Below, one piece after another: positions 1-9,096 of a stretch of DNA of 64,000 nt (positions within the stretch are counted from its first letter, which is position 1; every line of letters begins with the position of its first letter). The translations under genes and the position numbers were made by a program. This DNA is from an uncultured Verrucomicrobiae bacterium. GTDB taxonomy: Bacteria; Verrucomicrobiota; Verrucomicrobiia; Verrucomicrobiales; Akkermansiaceae. The stretch is taken from contig CAWFFP010000003.1 of NCBI GenBank assembly GCA_963815205.1, positions 123,984-187,983 on the forward strand, given 5' to 3'. Under the pieces are notes generated by a model. That model searched no databases. It was given only the letters and a program-made list of their open reading frames with translations, and had not been told where the DNA came from.

Positions 1-2117
1 AGGTCGGCTGCATGATTCTTCGAAGTCGAAGCCGCAAACCAATCATCACTCACATTCACCGATGGTAAAAAATCGTCCTGAAAGAAAGGGAATGGGAAAA
101 ACCAAGTTTTCATGCCGTCACTTTCTGAGCTCATTGGCGTTTGCTTAGGGATATCCTGCTCAAACATCTCTGCGATTTCTGATATTATCGAATTAGTATG
201 TGTGTTGATACTCTTCCATGCTGTTCCTAGTTTCTCCCGGTCCACCACTGGCTTTAGAATGGTCAGGCGTGGGAATTTGCCTTCGTCGACTAGCGTTTGT
301 GGAACTCCAGGAACTGCTGGGACGGCACCTTTGAGATCAACTACCAAGGCAATCTCATTGCCTAAGCCTTCTGAGAAATCGCCACTGATTGCACGATAAA
401 GGCCTCTTAGATCATCTAGGTATTTGGTTTCTAGAAGCTCCATGTAGGTTTTTATTTGCTTGATCTCAGGCGCGTCGCTTTCCACTTCTGTGAGTTTGGA
501 TGCGGCAGCAAATAGTGTCTCAGTGATTGCTTCTAGATAGGCGCTCATACGCTCCGAATAGTCAGCATTGCTACCGCAATTCATGAATACAAAGTGATCA
601 GCTGCTGTGCCGAGGTGTGCTAATTTACGAGGAGTCCTTAGGTCAGATGAACCATTGTCGTAACCGCCAAATGCTTCAATTTTTACCCCACCTTCGAGAT
701 ATGCAATCGTGCCGAGGTCATTCGACTCACCCAAACTTTGCAGCGCCTCCTCACGGTCTGCGACAATCTGTAGCATAGCCTCAAGTTCTCGGGTATCGCC
801 GAGGCCATCTCCCGAAGCAAGCCCCTCCCTGAACCCCAATGCATAGGTGGCCAAGCCGCCAGAATTCTCCATCACCTTTTCGCCAAGGGCAGCTTCTCCA
901 TAACTAACAGCGAGCAACGGCTGATCTGGAAAAGCATCTGTGAAATCAAGTTGACCACTCGCAATGAACGAATTTTCCACAGAATCTGCTAATGTCATCT
1001 TATCCCGGTCGCCACCGATCATCGCTACCACGTAGTCGCCCACCGTTCCGGTTACGACGAAAAGATTCTTACGCCCAATGGCATCGATCAACTCATCGGC
1101 TAACTCAGGAGATAAAAACTCCGCCATGGATTCTTTCTGCATCCGCATTGTTTCGGCGATTTTTTCGCCGACAAGTTGATAGCCATTGAATGCTTTGGCG
1201 CCGATTTCCATTTCAATCGGTGCTGCGATCTCTCCCGCCATGCCGAAGAATGCCATGCTCGAATTAACCATTTCTGCGGCCTGATCAAGTTCTCCTTCGT
1301 TGGCTTGGAAGGCAAGATAAAGGGTTGGCATCTCCAACTTGTTCACTAGATCAATTCCAGACTCTGGGTCCTTCAGAAGCTCTTTCATGATTTCACCAAA
1401 CCCAGCCATCGAAGTCATCGAGCTTTCGAAAGCTTCTTTGTCAGCTGACTTGCCGAAAGCCAAGGCAGCTTGCCCAATCAATTTTGCTTGAAAAAATGAA
1501 CTGCGGCGATTGGCAGTTATCAGATTACCGCTTTGCTCAGATACGCTGTTGCCCAGCGCGATTGTCACTTCCCTGCCTAAAAGCGTCCATGGCCCAACAG
1601 CTTTTTCATCAAAGGTCTCAGTCTCTTTCTTAAGTTCCAGCGCGTTTTCTTCGCTTGGTTCTTCCGTCGATTGTTCCGTCGGTTGTTCCATGACGTCCTC
1701 ATCTGGAACAGCTTCTTGAAGTTCTTCGTCACCTGCTACCGCTTCCGGCTCAATTCGGATATCGGTGCCATCACCATCGTCCTCCAGCATTTCCTCATCG
1801 GCAGGAACGAACGCCTCGTCCAGCGGCTGCCTCTTGCCCTTATCCATCTGTTTTTCCAGGATCTGATAAAGGTCAAGGGCCTTTAGGTCCTCGTAGGCAC
1901 CGCGCGCATCGTAGGCCGTCATCAATACCGCAGTGTCTTTTGGCAGAAATTGCGCGAAGCCAAGGCGTGCAGCACGTTCTTCGAGACTCATTTCAATGAT
2001 TTTTGCTGCGGTCGCCTCAGTCGGCTGAGCGATTGCTTCCTCACCTGAGAGAACACCATCTTCAGGAGTTAGCTCTTCGATCTTCTTCACCGAATCAGTG
2101 GCAACGCTGAGGCACAT
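1..2117 (-). CDS. hypothetical exported protein; its C-terminus runs off the window start
   Basis: It is absent from the ORF track because it has no stop inside the window. Manual reverse-complement translation is stop-free for about 700 codons, from the ATG at 2117 (MCLSVATDSVKKIEELTPEDG...) to base 1 (...DDWFAASTSKNHAAD). It has an acidic linker followed by a globular part. I recognised no family. Confidence 0.6.
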   Translation of the reverse strand, partial: MCLSVATDSVKKIEELTPEDGVLSGEEAIAQPTEATAAKIIEMSLEERAARLGFAQFLPKDTAVLMTAYDARGAYEDLKALDLYQILEKQMDKGKRQPLDEAFVPADEEMLEDDGDGTDIRIEPEAVAGDEELQEAVPDEDVMEQPTEQSTEEPSEENALELKKETETFDEKAVGPWTLLGREVTIALGNSVSEQSGNLITANRRSSFFQAKLIGQAALAFGKSADKEAFESSMTSMAGFGEIMKELLKDPESGIDLVNKLEMPTLYLAFQANEGELDQAAEMVNSSMAFFGMAGEIAAPIEMEIGAKAFNGYQLVGEKIAETMRMQKESMAEFLSPELADELIDAIGRKNLFVVTGTVGDYVVAMIGGDRDKMTLADSVENSFIASGQLDFTDAFPDQPLLAVSYGEAALGEKVMENSGGLATYALGFREGLASGDGLGDTRELEAMLQIVADREEALQSLGESNDLGTIAYLEGGVKIEAFGGYDNGSSDLRTPRKLAHLGTAADHFVFMNCGSNADYSERMSAYLEAITETLFAAASKLTEVESDAPEIKQIKTYMELLETKYLDDLRGLYRAISGDFSEGLGNEIALVVDLKGAVPAVPGVPQTLVDEGKFPRLTILKPVVDREKLGTAWKSINTHTNSIISEIAEMFEQDIPKQTPMSSESDGMKTWFFPFPFFQDDFLPSVNVSDDWFAASTSKNHAAD

Positions 2118-2217
2118 CTTGACTAGATTCAGCCGCAGGCTTTTCTTTACATCCGATGAAGCTGAATGCTATCAGTGGCACCGATAGAAGGATTGATGTA
2201 GGTGTCTGGAATTTCAT
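2095..2217 (-). other. out-of-frame lipoprotein signal peptide upstream of the 1..2117 ORF
   Basis: A 40-codon ORF reads MKFQTPTSILLSVPLIAFSFIGCKEKPAAESSQDVPQRCH*, with a lipobox (FIGC). It ends where the long ORF becomes open in the frame reached by skipping one base. Confidence 0.45.
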
Positions 2218-2312
2218 TTTGGTCATTAAAGCTACCTAGTGAAGCCAAGCAAGCGTCAATGCCGCTAGATGAGTGATTCGCCCAAGCGATTGTCCAAAAA
2301 AATTACCTATTT

Positions 2313-2948
2313 ATGGATCTATCTAATTTCCGCAAAAGTTACCTTTCAGAGCCGCTTGTCCGGAATGACCTTCCGCAAGATCCGTTGGACCTTTTCTCAA
2401 AATGGTTTCAACAAGCAAATGCCGCTTCCTTGACAGAGCCAAACGCAATGGTTCTTGCGACAGTCTCTCCTGATGGCAGGCCTTCCCAGCGCATTGTTCT
2501 TCTGAAAAATTTTGATGAAAGGGGCTTCACGTTTTTTACCAACTATCAATCTCGCAAAGCCTCTCATATCGCCGAGAGCCATACCGTATCTCTGCTTTTC
2601 CCATGGATTATTTTAGAACGTCAGATCATAATCGGCGGCAATGCTTCCCGAATATCTCGTGAAGAATCTGAGAAGTATTTCGCTTCAAGACCCCGTGAAT
2701 CCCAGATTGGTGCGTGGGTCTCAAATCAATCCGAGGTGATTTCTTCGCGGTCGATTCTCATGAAAGACCAAGAAGCGCTGGTGTCGAAATTTTCTAATAG
2801 TGAGGTTCCTCTTCCTCCGCATTGGGGTGGCTTCCGTGTGGCGCCCGATCAATTCGAATTCTGGCAGGGCGGCCCGGCACGAATCCATGATCGCTTCCTG
2901 TATACTCGTGACGCGGAGACATGGCAGATCGATCGCTTGGCTCCTTAA
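2313..2948 (+). CDS. pdxH: pyridoxamine 5'-phosphate oxidase
   Basis: A 211-aa ORF with the typical PdxH length and motifs (RIVLLK..GFTFFTNY.S.K, HWGGFRV.P..FEFWQG...R.HDR). Confidence 0.9.
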   Translation: MDLSNFRKSYLSEPLVRNDLPQDPLDLFSKWFQQANAASLTEPNAMVLATVSPDGRPSQRIVLLKNFDERGFTFFTNYQSRKASHIAESHTVSLLFPWIILERQIIIGGNASRISREESEKYFASRPRESQIGAWVSNQSEVISSRSILMKDQEALVSKFSNSEVPLPPHWGGFRVAPDQFEFWQGGPARIHDRFLYTRDAETWQIDRLAP

Positions 2949-3083
2949 TCCGATTGGCCTATGTTCTTTCGCAAAGATTCATCTCTGACCTCGAGGCCAC
3001 TCCGACGTACGGATAAGCGGGACGTAGGGGTTATAGTAAAGAGGCGAGACTCGCCACGAGTTTCAGAAAGAGCAGACCGAAAA

Positions 3084-3698
3084 ATGACTGCGCCTGTGGA
3101 AGCTTGCTTCCTTCCTTGTCCCCTTCCTCTTCGCCAGAAGCTCCCGCTCAAGCGTAGGATTTCCCGAGAAAGCATCCTAAGTTGTGGATTGCTGATTCCG
3201 GCGTTTGCAATTTTTAGCACCATATTTGCGATGCTTTCGTCTTGTGCGGACCAGGCGATTCCGGAACCCGTTGAAAAAGCGAAGGAAGAATATATCCCAC
3301 CGGAACTTCTCGGCAGGATTGCCTCAATTCCAGAAAAAGGGAAATTCGTTTTAGTCCAGGCCTATAGCTCTTGGAAAACACCTGCGGGGTCTATTCTAAC
3401 GACCCGAGGAACAAACAATCGCAGAGCAAATCTCCGCGTAACGGGAGAGAAACTAGGGCAGTTTGCCGCAGCCGATATCCAGTCCGGAACTCTCGAGGTG
3501 GGCGATGCTGTTTATTCAATCGCGCAGCTACCAGACCTTGCTCAGGCTTCGGCTACCACATCCTTCACATCTGAAAATGAGGAGCCAAACGTTACCGAGG
3601 GCGAAGCGATCGCTACGGAACCAGTCACTGCAACATCGTCAGATCAGATAAAGGATCTCAGGCCGGAATCGTCCACCTTACCGCGTCTTCCAGAATGA
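3084..3698 (+). CDS. hypothetical lipoprotein
   Basis: It lies within ORF 2961..3698. An internal Met is followed by a basic n-region, a hydrophobic stretch and the lipobox MLSSC. The start is uncertain and I recognised no family. Confidence 0.45.
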   Translation: MTAPVEACFLPCPLPLRQKLPLKRRISRESILSCGLLIPAFAIFSTIFAMLSSCADQAIPEPVEKAKEEYIPPELLGRIASIPEKGKFVLVQAYSSWKTPAGSILTTRGTNNRRANLRVTGEKLGQFAAADIQSGTLEVGDAVYSIAQLPDLAQASATTSFTSENEEPNVTEGEAIATEPVTATSSDQIKDLRPESSTLPRLPE

Positions 3699-4219
3699 AA
3701 CGAATCGCAATCGATATGGACGAGGTAATCGTCGATACCGCACCTGTGCATCTTGCGGCGTATAACCAGCTATTTTCGTCAGACCTTCGCTTAGCGGATC
3801 TAAGAGGCCGCTCAATTTATGAGGCAATTTCCTCAGATCAAGAAGCTGCAACCCGTGATATCCTTCATGAGCATGACTTCTTTCAGAATTTACCAGAAAT
3901 GTTCGGAGCTGTGGATACTGTCCGCTCATTAAGCGAAAGCTATGAAATCTTTATTGCCACTGCCGCGATGGAATTCCCAAATTCATTTCCTGCAAAATTT
4001 CGTTGGTTGCAGTCGCATCTGCCCTTCATTCCACCATCACACATAGTTTTCTGCGGAGACAAAAGCATCATTCAAGCAGACTTCCTGATTGACGACAGCC
4101 CACGCCATTTCACCCATTTTTGCGGACAGGGCATACTATACACAGCTCCACATAACTATGGAGCCACAGGCTATCCACGGGTCGATTCATGGGACGAGGT
4201 TAGACAGCGCTTCCTCTAG
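3695..4219 (+). CDS. HAD-superfamily 5'(3')-deoxyribonucleotidase-like (NT5C family) protein
   Basis: The N-terminus IAIDMDEVIVD carries the HAD motif I (DxD), and the C-terminal part carries the ADFLIDD motif. The 174-aa length fits. Confidence 0.7.
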   Translation: MKRIAIDMDEVIVDTAPVHLAAYNQLFSSDLRLADLRGRSIYEAISSDQEAATRDILHEHDFFQNLPEMFGAVDTVRSLSESYEIFIATAAMEFPNSFPAKFRWLQSHLPFIPPSHIVFCGDKSIIQADFLIDDSPRHFTHFCGQGILYTAPHNYGATGYPRVDSWDEVRQRFL

Positions 4220-5014
4220 CTGTGTACATTCACACGATCCCCGCCCAACCACTTGCGGATGACCCCTTTGTCGGCTGTAAATTTTCCGATCATCCGCCAA
4301 TTTGATTTTCTTAAAACCCCCGCTTCACTCCGCTTCTCCTCCACCACGCCACGTGGCCTCTTCCCAGAGGAATGCAACAGAGACATTACCCCTTCCTCGA
4401 CTACGATAAACCCAACGTGTGTATCGAGGCCAATTAGATAAATCCCATCCTCCTGGCTCTCAACCCAGTCGGCATAATTGTCATAGTCCTCTCCTACCTT
4501 AAGTTGACAGGCACTTCTCGGCAGGAAGCTACGTATAATATTGCCTGACGGCTGCTGAGCCAGCTTGTAACGATCTACCCGGAAGCCTGCATCTTTTAGG
4601 ACCGTGGAAACGTAATAACCACAGGCCACTTCCTCCAGACCTGGCCCCCTGGCTGTTCCATTGAAGTCGTAGGGAGTGACCGATCCAGCAGCGCATCATT
4701 TCTGGAAGAATCATCTCTAAAATTACCCGCGCATCTTGTTCTACCTTTATCTTCTCGCTTGGAATAGCTCTCTTGTGTTTCTCAGCTAGATCTAGGCGCC
4801 ATCTTTCCACTTCACTTTTAAGAACTTCGTATCTTGCGAGATCCGGCCCTGTTTCCACACGTTTCAGGACAATCTTCTTAAAGCTCGTTACCCCGCTCCC
4901 CTGCCACCCCCACCAAGCCGCCACTGATAAACCTGCGATGATCGATCCAATCATGAATAAATTTATCAGCCACCTCACATTTCGAGCCTCGCCCGAGAAG
5001 AGACATATATCCAT
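4216..5014 (-). pseudogene. membrane-anchored papain-fold (NlpC/P60-like Cys/His) protein, split by a frameshift near 4690
   Basis: ORF 4529..5155 supplies a TM segment (WLINLFMIGSIIAGLSVAAWW). Its tail is nonsense. The other frame continues as ...VTPYDFNGTARGPGLEEVACGYYVSTVLKDAGF...DTHVGFIV... into ORF 4216..4629. Confidence 0.5.
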
Positions 5015-5026
5015 AAGAAACCTAGT

Positions 5027-5662
5027 TTGATGACAAAACCAGAGCGCTCCGCCCACATTCTCCGCCGTCTTGAAGAACTCTATCCAGAAACTCCGATCCC
5101 GCTTGATCACACTTCTCCCTACACCCTCCTCATCGCTGTTCTTCTTTCGGCTCAATGCACGGATGCCCGGGTGAATACAGTTACGCCCACTTTGTTCGCT
5201 CTAGCTTCTACGCCAGCAGATATGGCCAAGGTGCCCGTTTCGCAAATTCAGGCAATCATCCGTCCTTGTGGGCTATCCCCCACAAAAGCCAAGGCAATTG
5301 CTGGGCTGAGCAAGATTCTCGTAGAAAAGCATGAGAGCATGGTCCCTGAAAATTTCACTCATCTGGAAGCTTTGCCAGGGGTCGGTCACAAGACCGCTTC
5401 GGTCGTCCTTTCCCAATCATTTGGTATTCCAACATTTCCCGTAGACACCCATATCCACCGGCTGGCAAAGCGCTGGAAGTTGAGCAAGGGGAAAAACGTT
5501 GTGCAGACCGAGCGGGATCTGAAGAAAGCGTTTCCCCGTGAAACTTGGAACAAGCTGCATCTGCAAATCATCTTCTACGGGCGCGAATACTGCACCGCCC
5601 GCGGCTGCACCGCACATAGCTGCCCGATCTGCACGGAACTTTTTCCGCCTAAAGCATCATAA
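5027..5662 (+). CDS. nth: endonuclease III
   Basis: HhH-GPD motif LPGVGHKTA and a C-terminal 4Fe-4S cysteine cluster (CTARGCTAHSCPIC). 211 aa. Confidence 0.9.
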   Translation: MMTKPERSAHILRRLEELYPETPIPLDHTSPYTLLIAVLLSAQCTDARVNTVTPTLFALASTPADMAKVPVSQIQAIIRPCGLSPTKAKAIAGLSKILVEKHESMVPENFTHLEALPGVGHKTASVVLSQSFGIPTFPVDTHIHRLAKRWKLSKGKNVVQTERDLKKAFPRETWNKLHLQIIFYGREYCTARGCTAHSCPICTELFPPKAS

Positions 5663-5798
5663 CACCTCACCCGTCAAACCCTGCGTCCCCGGGAGATTAG
5701 CGTTATGCTATGGGCCTTCAACAGAAAGAAAGCAAGTTTTCCTAGGTAGATGAATTTTAGGATTCCCCCTCACACGCCTCGCCTCTAGCCTCCGCTTC

Positions 5799-6950
5799 GT
5801 GTCCACCACTGCAATTCTAGCCCTCGAAGACGGCCGTATCTTTACTGGAAAATCATTTGGAGCCACTGGCACCACCACCGGGGAAATTTGTTTCAATACC
5901 TCCATGACCGGCTATCAGGAAATCATTACTGATCCTTCATATCGTGGGCAGATTGTTGCTATGACCTATCCAATGATTGGGAATTACGGAGTCAACCCTG
6001 AGGATAATGAGTCGTCAGAACCGCATGTCCGCGCGCTAGTGATCGGTGAGCTCTGTGAAATTCCATCAAACTACCGCTCCACGCAGTCACTGGCAGACTA
6101 CCTGCTTGAGCATAAAATTCTAGGTATCGAAGACATTGATACCAGGGCACTGACAAAGCATCTACGCTCACTCGGCGCCATGCGCTCATGCGTAACCACG
6201 GAGCTAAGCCCTGAGCAAGCTATCCAAAAGGCCAAAGATTCTGCACTGATGACAGGAACAGATTTTGTGCAGGAAGTTACGACAAAATCGCCTTATCACT
6301 GGAGCGAAGAATCGCGAAAATGGACCTTACCCAATGCATCTATCGGAGAAACGGCATCTTACGAAGAGCTTCCTCCCGCGAAGTTCAAAGTCATCGCCTT
6401 GGATTTAGGTCTGAAATACAACCAGCTGCGAATGCTTCGTCAGGCTGGCCTTGAAGTGGAAGTGGTTCCGGCATCTACCTCGGCTGAAGAAATTTTATCA
6501 AAATCTCCAGATGGCCTCTTTCTTACAAACGGGCCGGGAGATCCAGCAGCTCTTGGGTACATCCATGCTGAGATCAAAAAACTTTTCGGGAAGCTGCCTA
6601 TCTTTGGAATTTGCCTAGGAAACCAAATGCTCGCGCACGCTTATGGTGGGAAGACCTTTAAGCTAAAATTCGGGCACCGCGGTGGCAATCAACCGGTGCA
6701 GAACCTTCGCACTGGACAAATTGCCATCACCTCCCAGAACCACGGATTTGCAGTTGATTCGAATTCTCTGCCCGAGGAGGTGGAGGTTACTCACATCAAT
6801 TTGAACGACAGCACAGTAGAAGGCATGCGGCACCGCAGTTTACCTATATTCAGTGTCCAATATCACCCAGAAGCAGCTCCGGGTCCGAACGATGCAGCGA
6901 AGTTTTTCGAGGATTTCGTAGATCTCATCGAGGAGTCCAAAAAAGCATAG
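5799..6950 (+). CDS. carA: carbamoyl-phosphate synthase small (glutaminase) subunit
   Basis: 383 aa with a GTG start. The N-terminus is LALEDGRIFTGKSFGA, the GATase active site is FGICLGNQ, and VQYHPEA is present. Confidence 0.92.
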   Translation: MSTTAILALEDGRIFTGKSFGATGTTTGEICFNTSMTGYQEIITDPSYRGQIVAMTYPMIGNYGVNPEDNESSEPHVRALVIGELCEIPSNYRSTQSLADYLLEHKILGIEDIDTRALTKHLRSLGAMRSCVTTELSPEQAIQKAKDSALMTGTDFVQEVTTKSPYHWSEESRKWTLPNASIGETASYEELPPAKFKVIALDLGLKYNQLRMLRQAGLEVEVVPASTSAEEILSKSPDGLFLTNGPGDPAALGYIHAEIKKLFGKLPIFGICLGNQMLAHAYGGKTFKLKFGHRGGNQPVQNLRTGQIAITSQNHGFAVDSNSLPEEVEVTHINLNDSTVEGMRHRSLPIFSVQYHPEAAPGPNDAAKFFEDFVDLIEESKKA

Positions 6951-7023
6951 GCATCTACGCTTGTGATTATCTGATCGCGACCTTTTGGACGCGATAAAGG
7001 ATCTCCCAGGGCCACCAATTTAT

Positions 7024-8295
7024 ATGAACACAGTAGTAATAGGCCTCCAATGGGGCGATGAAGGCAAAGGCAAAATAGTCGATTACCTAACAGAATCCGC
7101 AGACTTTGTGATCCGCGGTCAAGGTGGCAACAATGCCGGCCATACGGTGATCGCAAATGGTAAAAAATACGTCCTCCACCTCCTTCCCTCTGGGATCTTA
7201 TGGGATGACAAGGTGAACGTGATCGGCAATGGCGTCGTCGTAGATCCCGGCGGCTTAGTAAAGGAGATTGAAAGTGTTGAAGCCCAAGGCATCACAATTT
7301 CCTCGCAAAAACTTCTGATCTCGGACCGCGCTCATGTGGTCTTACCCTTCCATAAAGAACTCGATGCAGCACGCGAGATTTCGCTGGGTGATCAAAAGAT
7401 CGGCACGACCAAGCGCGGCATCGGCCCAGCCTATGCGGATAAAGTAAATCGCTGCGGTCTTCGTATGGCTGATCTGCTAGACCGCCCTTTTGCAGAAGAA
7501 CAGATTCGAAAAAGAACGGATGAGGTGAATGAGATTCTCAGAAAGTTTGAGCTCCCCACTTTTGCGGCAGAAGACGTTATCTCAGAAATCTACACAGCCT
7601 TTGAGCGTCTACAGCCGCATGTGACAAATGCCATTCCAACCCTGCATGCTGCTTGGAAGGCGAATAAAAAACTCCTTTTCGAAGGAGCACAAGGGACCTT
7701 GCTGGACATAGACTTCGGCACCTATCCCTTTGTCACCTCTTCAAACACTACCTCCGGCGGGTCCGTAACTGGCACGGGGCTTCCCCCTACTGCGATTGAA
7801 GCCGTCATCGGCGTTTGCAAAGCATACACGACAAGAGTGGGCTCAGGGCCCTTTCCCACCGGAGATGAGGGCCTTTCAAAATACCTCCATGACCTCGGAC
7901 GTGAATTTGGAGCGACGACCGGGCGCGCGCGTGGCTGCGGGTGGCTCGATACCGTCTTGCTGCGCTTCGCATGCATGGTGAATGGGGTCACCGGTCTCGC
8001 GGTGACAAATGTTGATGGCCTCGACGAATATTCTGAGCTGAAGATCTGCACTGGCTACGAAATCGATGGGGAAGTTCATCAATTTCCTCCTGCAGATCGG
8101 TCTTTTTGGAACCGCGCAATTCCCGTTTATGAGACCCTTCCAGGCTGGAATGAAGACACTAGCTCCGTCACCACCTATGCGGCACTCCCGACCAATGCCA
8201 AAAATTACCTCAGTCGTTTATCGGAACTGTGTGATGCGCCTATTTCCTTTGTCGGCGTTGGTCCAGACCGGATTCAGACGATCAAAGTATCTTGA
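7024..8295 (+). CDS. purA: adenylosuccinate synthetase
   Basis: P-loop QWGDEGKGK, plus GNNAGHT and TTKRGIGPAY. ORF 6985..8295 is probably 13 codons too long, so I chose the Met at 7024. Confidence 0.92.
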   Translation: MNTVVIGLQWGDEGKGKIVDYLTESADFVIRGQGGNNAGHTVIANGKKYVLHLLPSGILWDDKVNVIGNGVVVDPGGLVKEIESVEAQGITISSQKLLISDRAHVVLPFHKELDAAREISLGDQKIGTTKRGIGPAYADKVNRCGLRMADLLDRPFAEEQIRKRTDEVNEILRKFELPTFAAEDVISEIYTAFERLQPHVTNAIPTLHAAWKANKKLLFEGAQGTLLDIDFGTYPFVTSSNTTSGGSVTGTGLPPTAIEAVIGVCKAYTTRVGSGPFPTGDEGLSKYLHDLGREFGATTGRARGCGWLDTVLLRFACMVNGVTGLAVTNVDGLDEYSELKICTGYEIDGEVHQFPPADRSFWNRAIPVYETLPGWNEDTSSVTTYAALPTNAKNYLSRLSELCDAPISFVGVGPDRIQTIKVS

Positions 8296-8340
8296 GACTA
8301 CCCAGTTGCTGAGCCAACGCGCTCGGAGCCCATTTCTCAT

Positions 8341-9030
8341 ATGCAGCACATCGCGATCATCATGGACGGCAATGGCCGGTGGGCAGCAGAACGTGGCTTG
8401 CCCCGCTCTGAGGGACACCGCGCAGGTGCGGAATCTGTCCGTGAGGTCTTAGATGCCTGCAAAGAGTTGGATATTAAATACCTTACACTCTACGCGTTTT
8501 CTTCAGAGAACTGGACGCGCCCAGAGGCAGAGATCGAGGCCTTGATGACTCTGTTGGATCATTTTTTGGATGAGAAAGCCGAAGAGCTGCAAAAACAAAA
8601 CGTCCGGCTTCGCGCGATCGGGCAGATAGATCGTCTACCTAGGAAAACTTCTGAGCGTCTTAAAAATCTTGAAAAGATGACTTCAAGAAACACCTCTCTT
8701 ACTCTAGTTCTCGCCCTTTCTTACGGTTCGCGAGAAGAGATCACGCATGCTGCTTGCTGTCTTGCTGAAAAAGCTGTCAGTGGTGAAATCAATACGGCCG
8801 ATATCACCCCAGAACTACTCGGACAGCATCTATACACTTCGGACATACCCGATCCTGAGCTTCTTATTCGCACATCTGGCGAAATGCGCCTCTCTAATTT
8901 CCTTCTTTGGCAGATCTCTTACTCAGAGCTGGTAATCGTCAAAAAGATGTGGCCGGACTTCCGGCAAGGAGATTTATTTGCCGCTGTGGACGAATACAAA
9001 ACACGTCACAGACGCTTTGGCGCACTTTAG
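8341..9030 (+). CDS. uppS: undecaprenyl diphosphate synthase
   Basis: HIAIIMDGNGRWA, YAFSSENW.RP and RTSGE.RLSNFLLWQ motifs. Confidence 0.9.
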   Translation: MQHIAIIMDGNGRWAAERGLPRSEGHRAGAESVREVLDACKELDIKYLTLYAFSSENWTRPEAEIEALMTLLDHFLDEKAEELQKQNVRLRAIGQIDRLPRKTSERLKNLEKMTSRNTSLTLVLALSYGSREEITHAACCLAEKAVSGEINTADITPELLGQHLYTSDIPDPELLIRTSGEMRLSNFLLWQISYSELVIVKKMWPDFRQGDLFAAVDEYKTRHRRFGAL

Positions 9031-9096
9031 AAGCCGTCTAGAATTCGAAGCCTGTTCCTTCGCAAATCCAGGGGTTTGTCGCGTTGAAGAAAAGGT

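Noticed and set aside
2961-3083. The N-terminal 41 codons of ORF 2961..3698
   Set aside because: They are highly basic and low in complexity, and they begin only 13 nt after the pdxH stop. The lipoprotein signal begins after the internal Met at 3084.
6985-7023. The upstream start of the purA ORF
   Set aside because: PurA proteins begin a few residues before the QWGDEGKGK P-loop, and the Met at 7024 fits that spacing.
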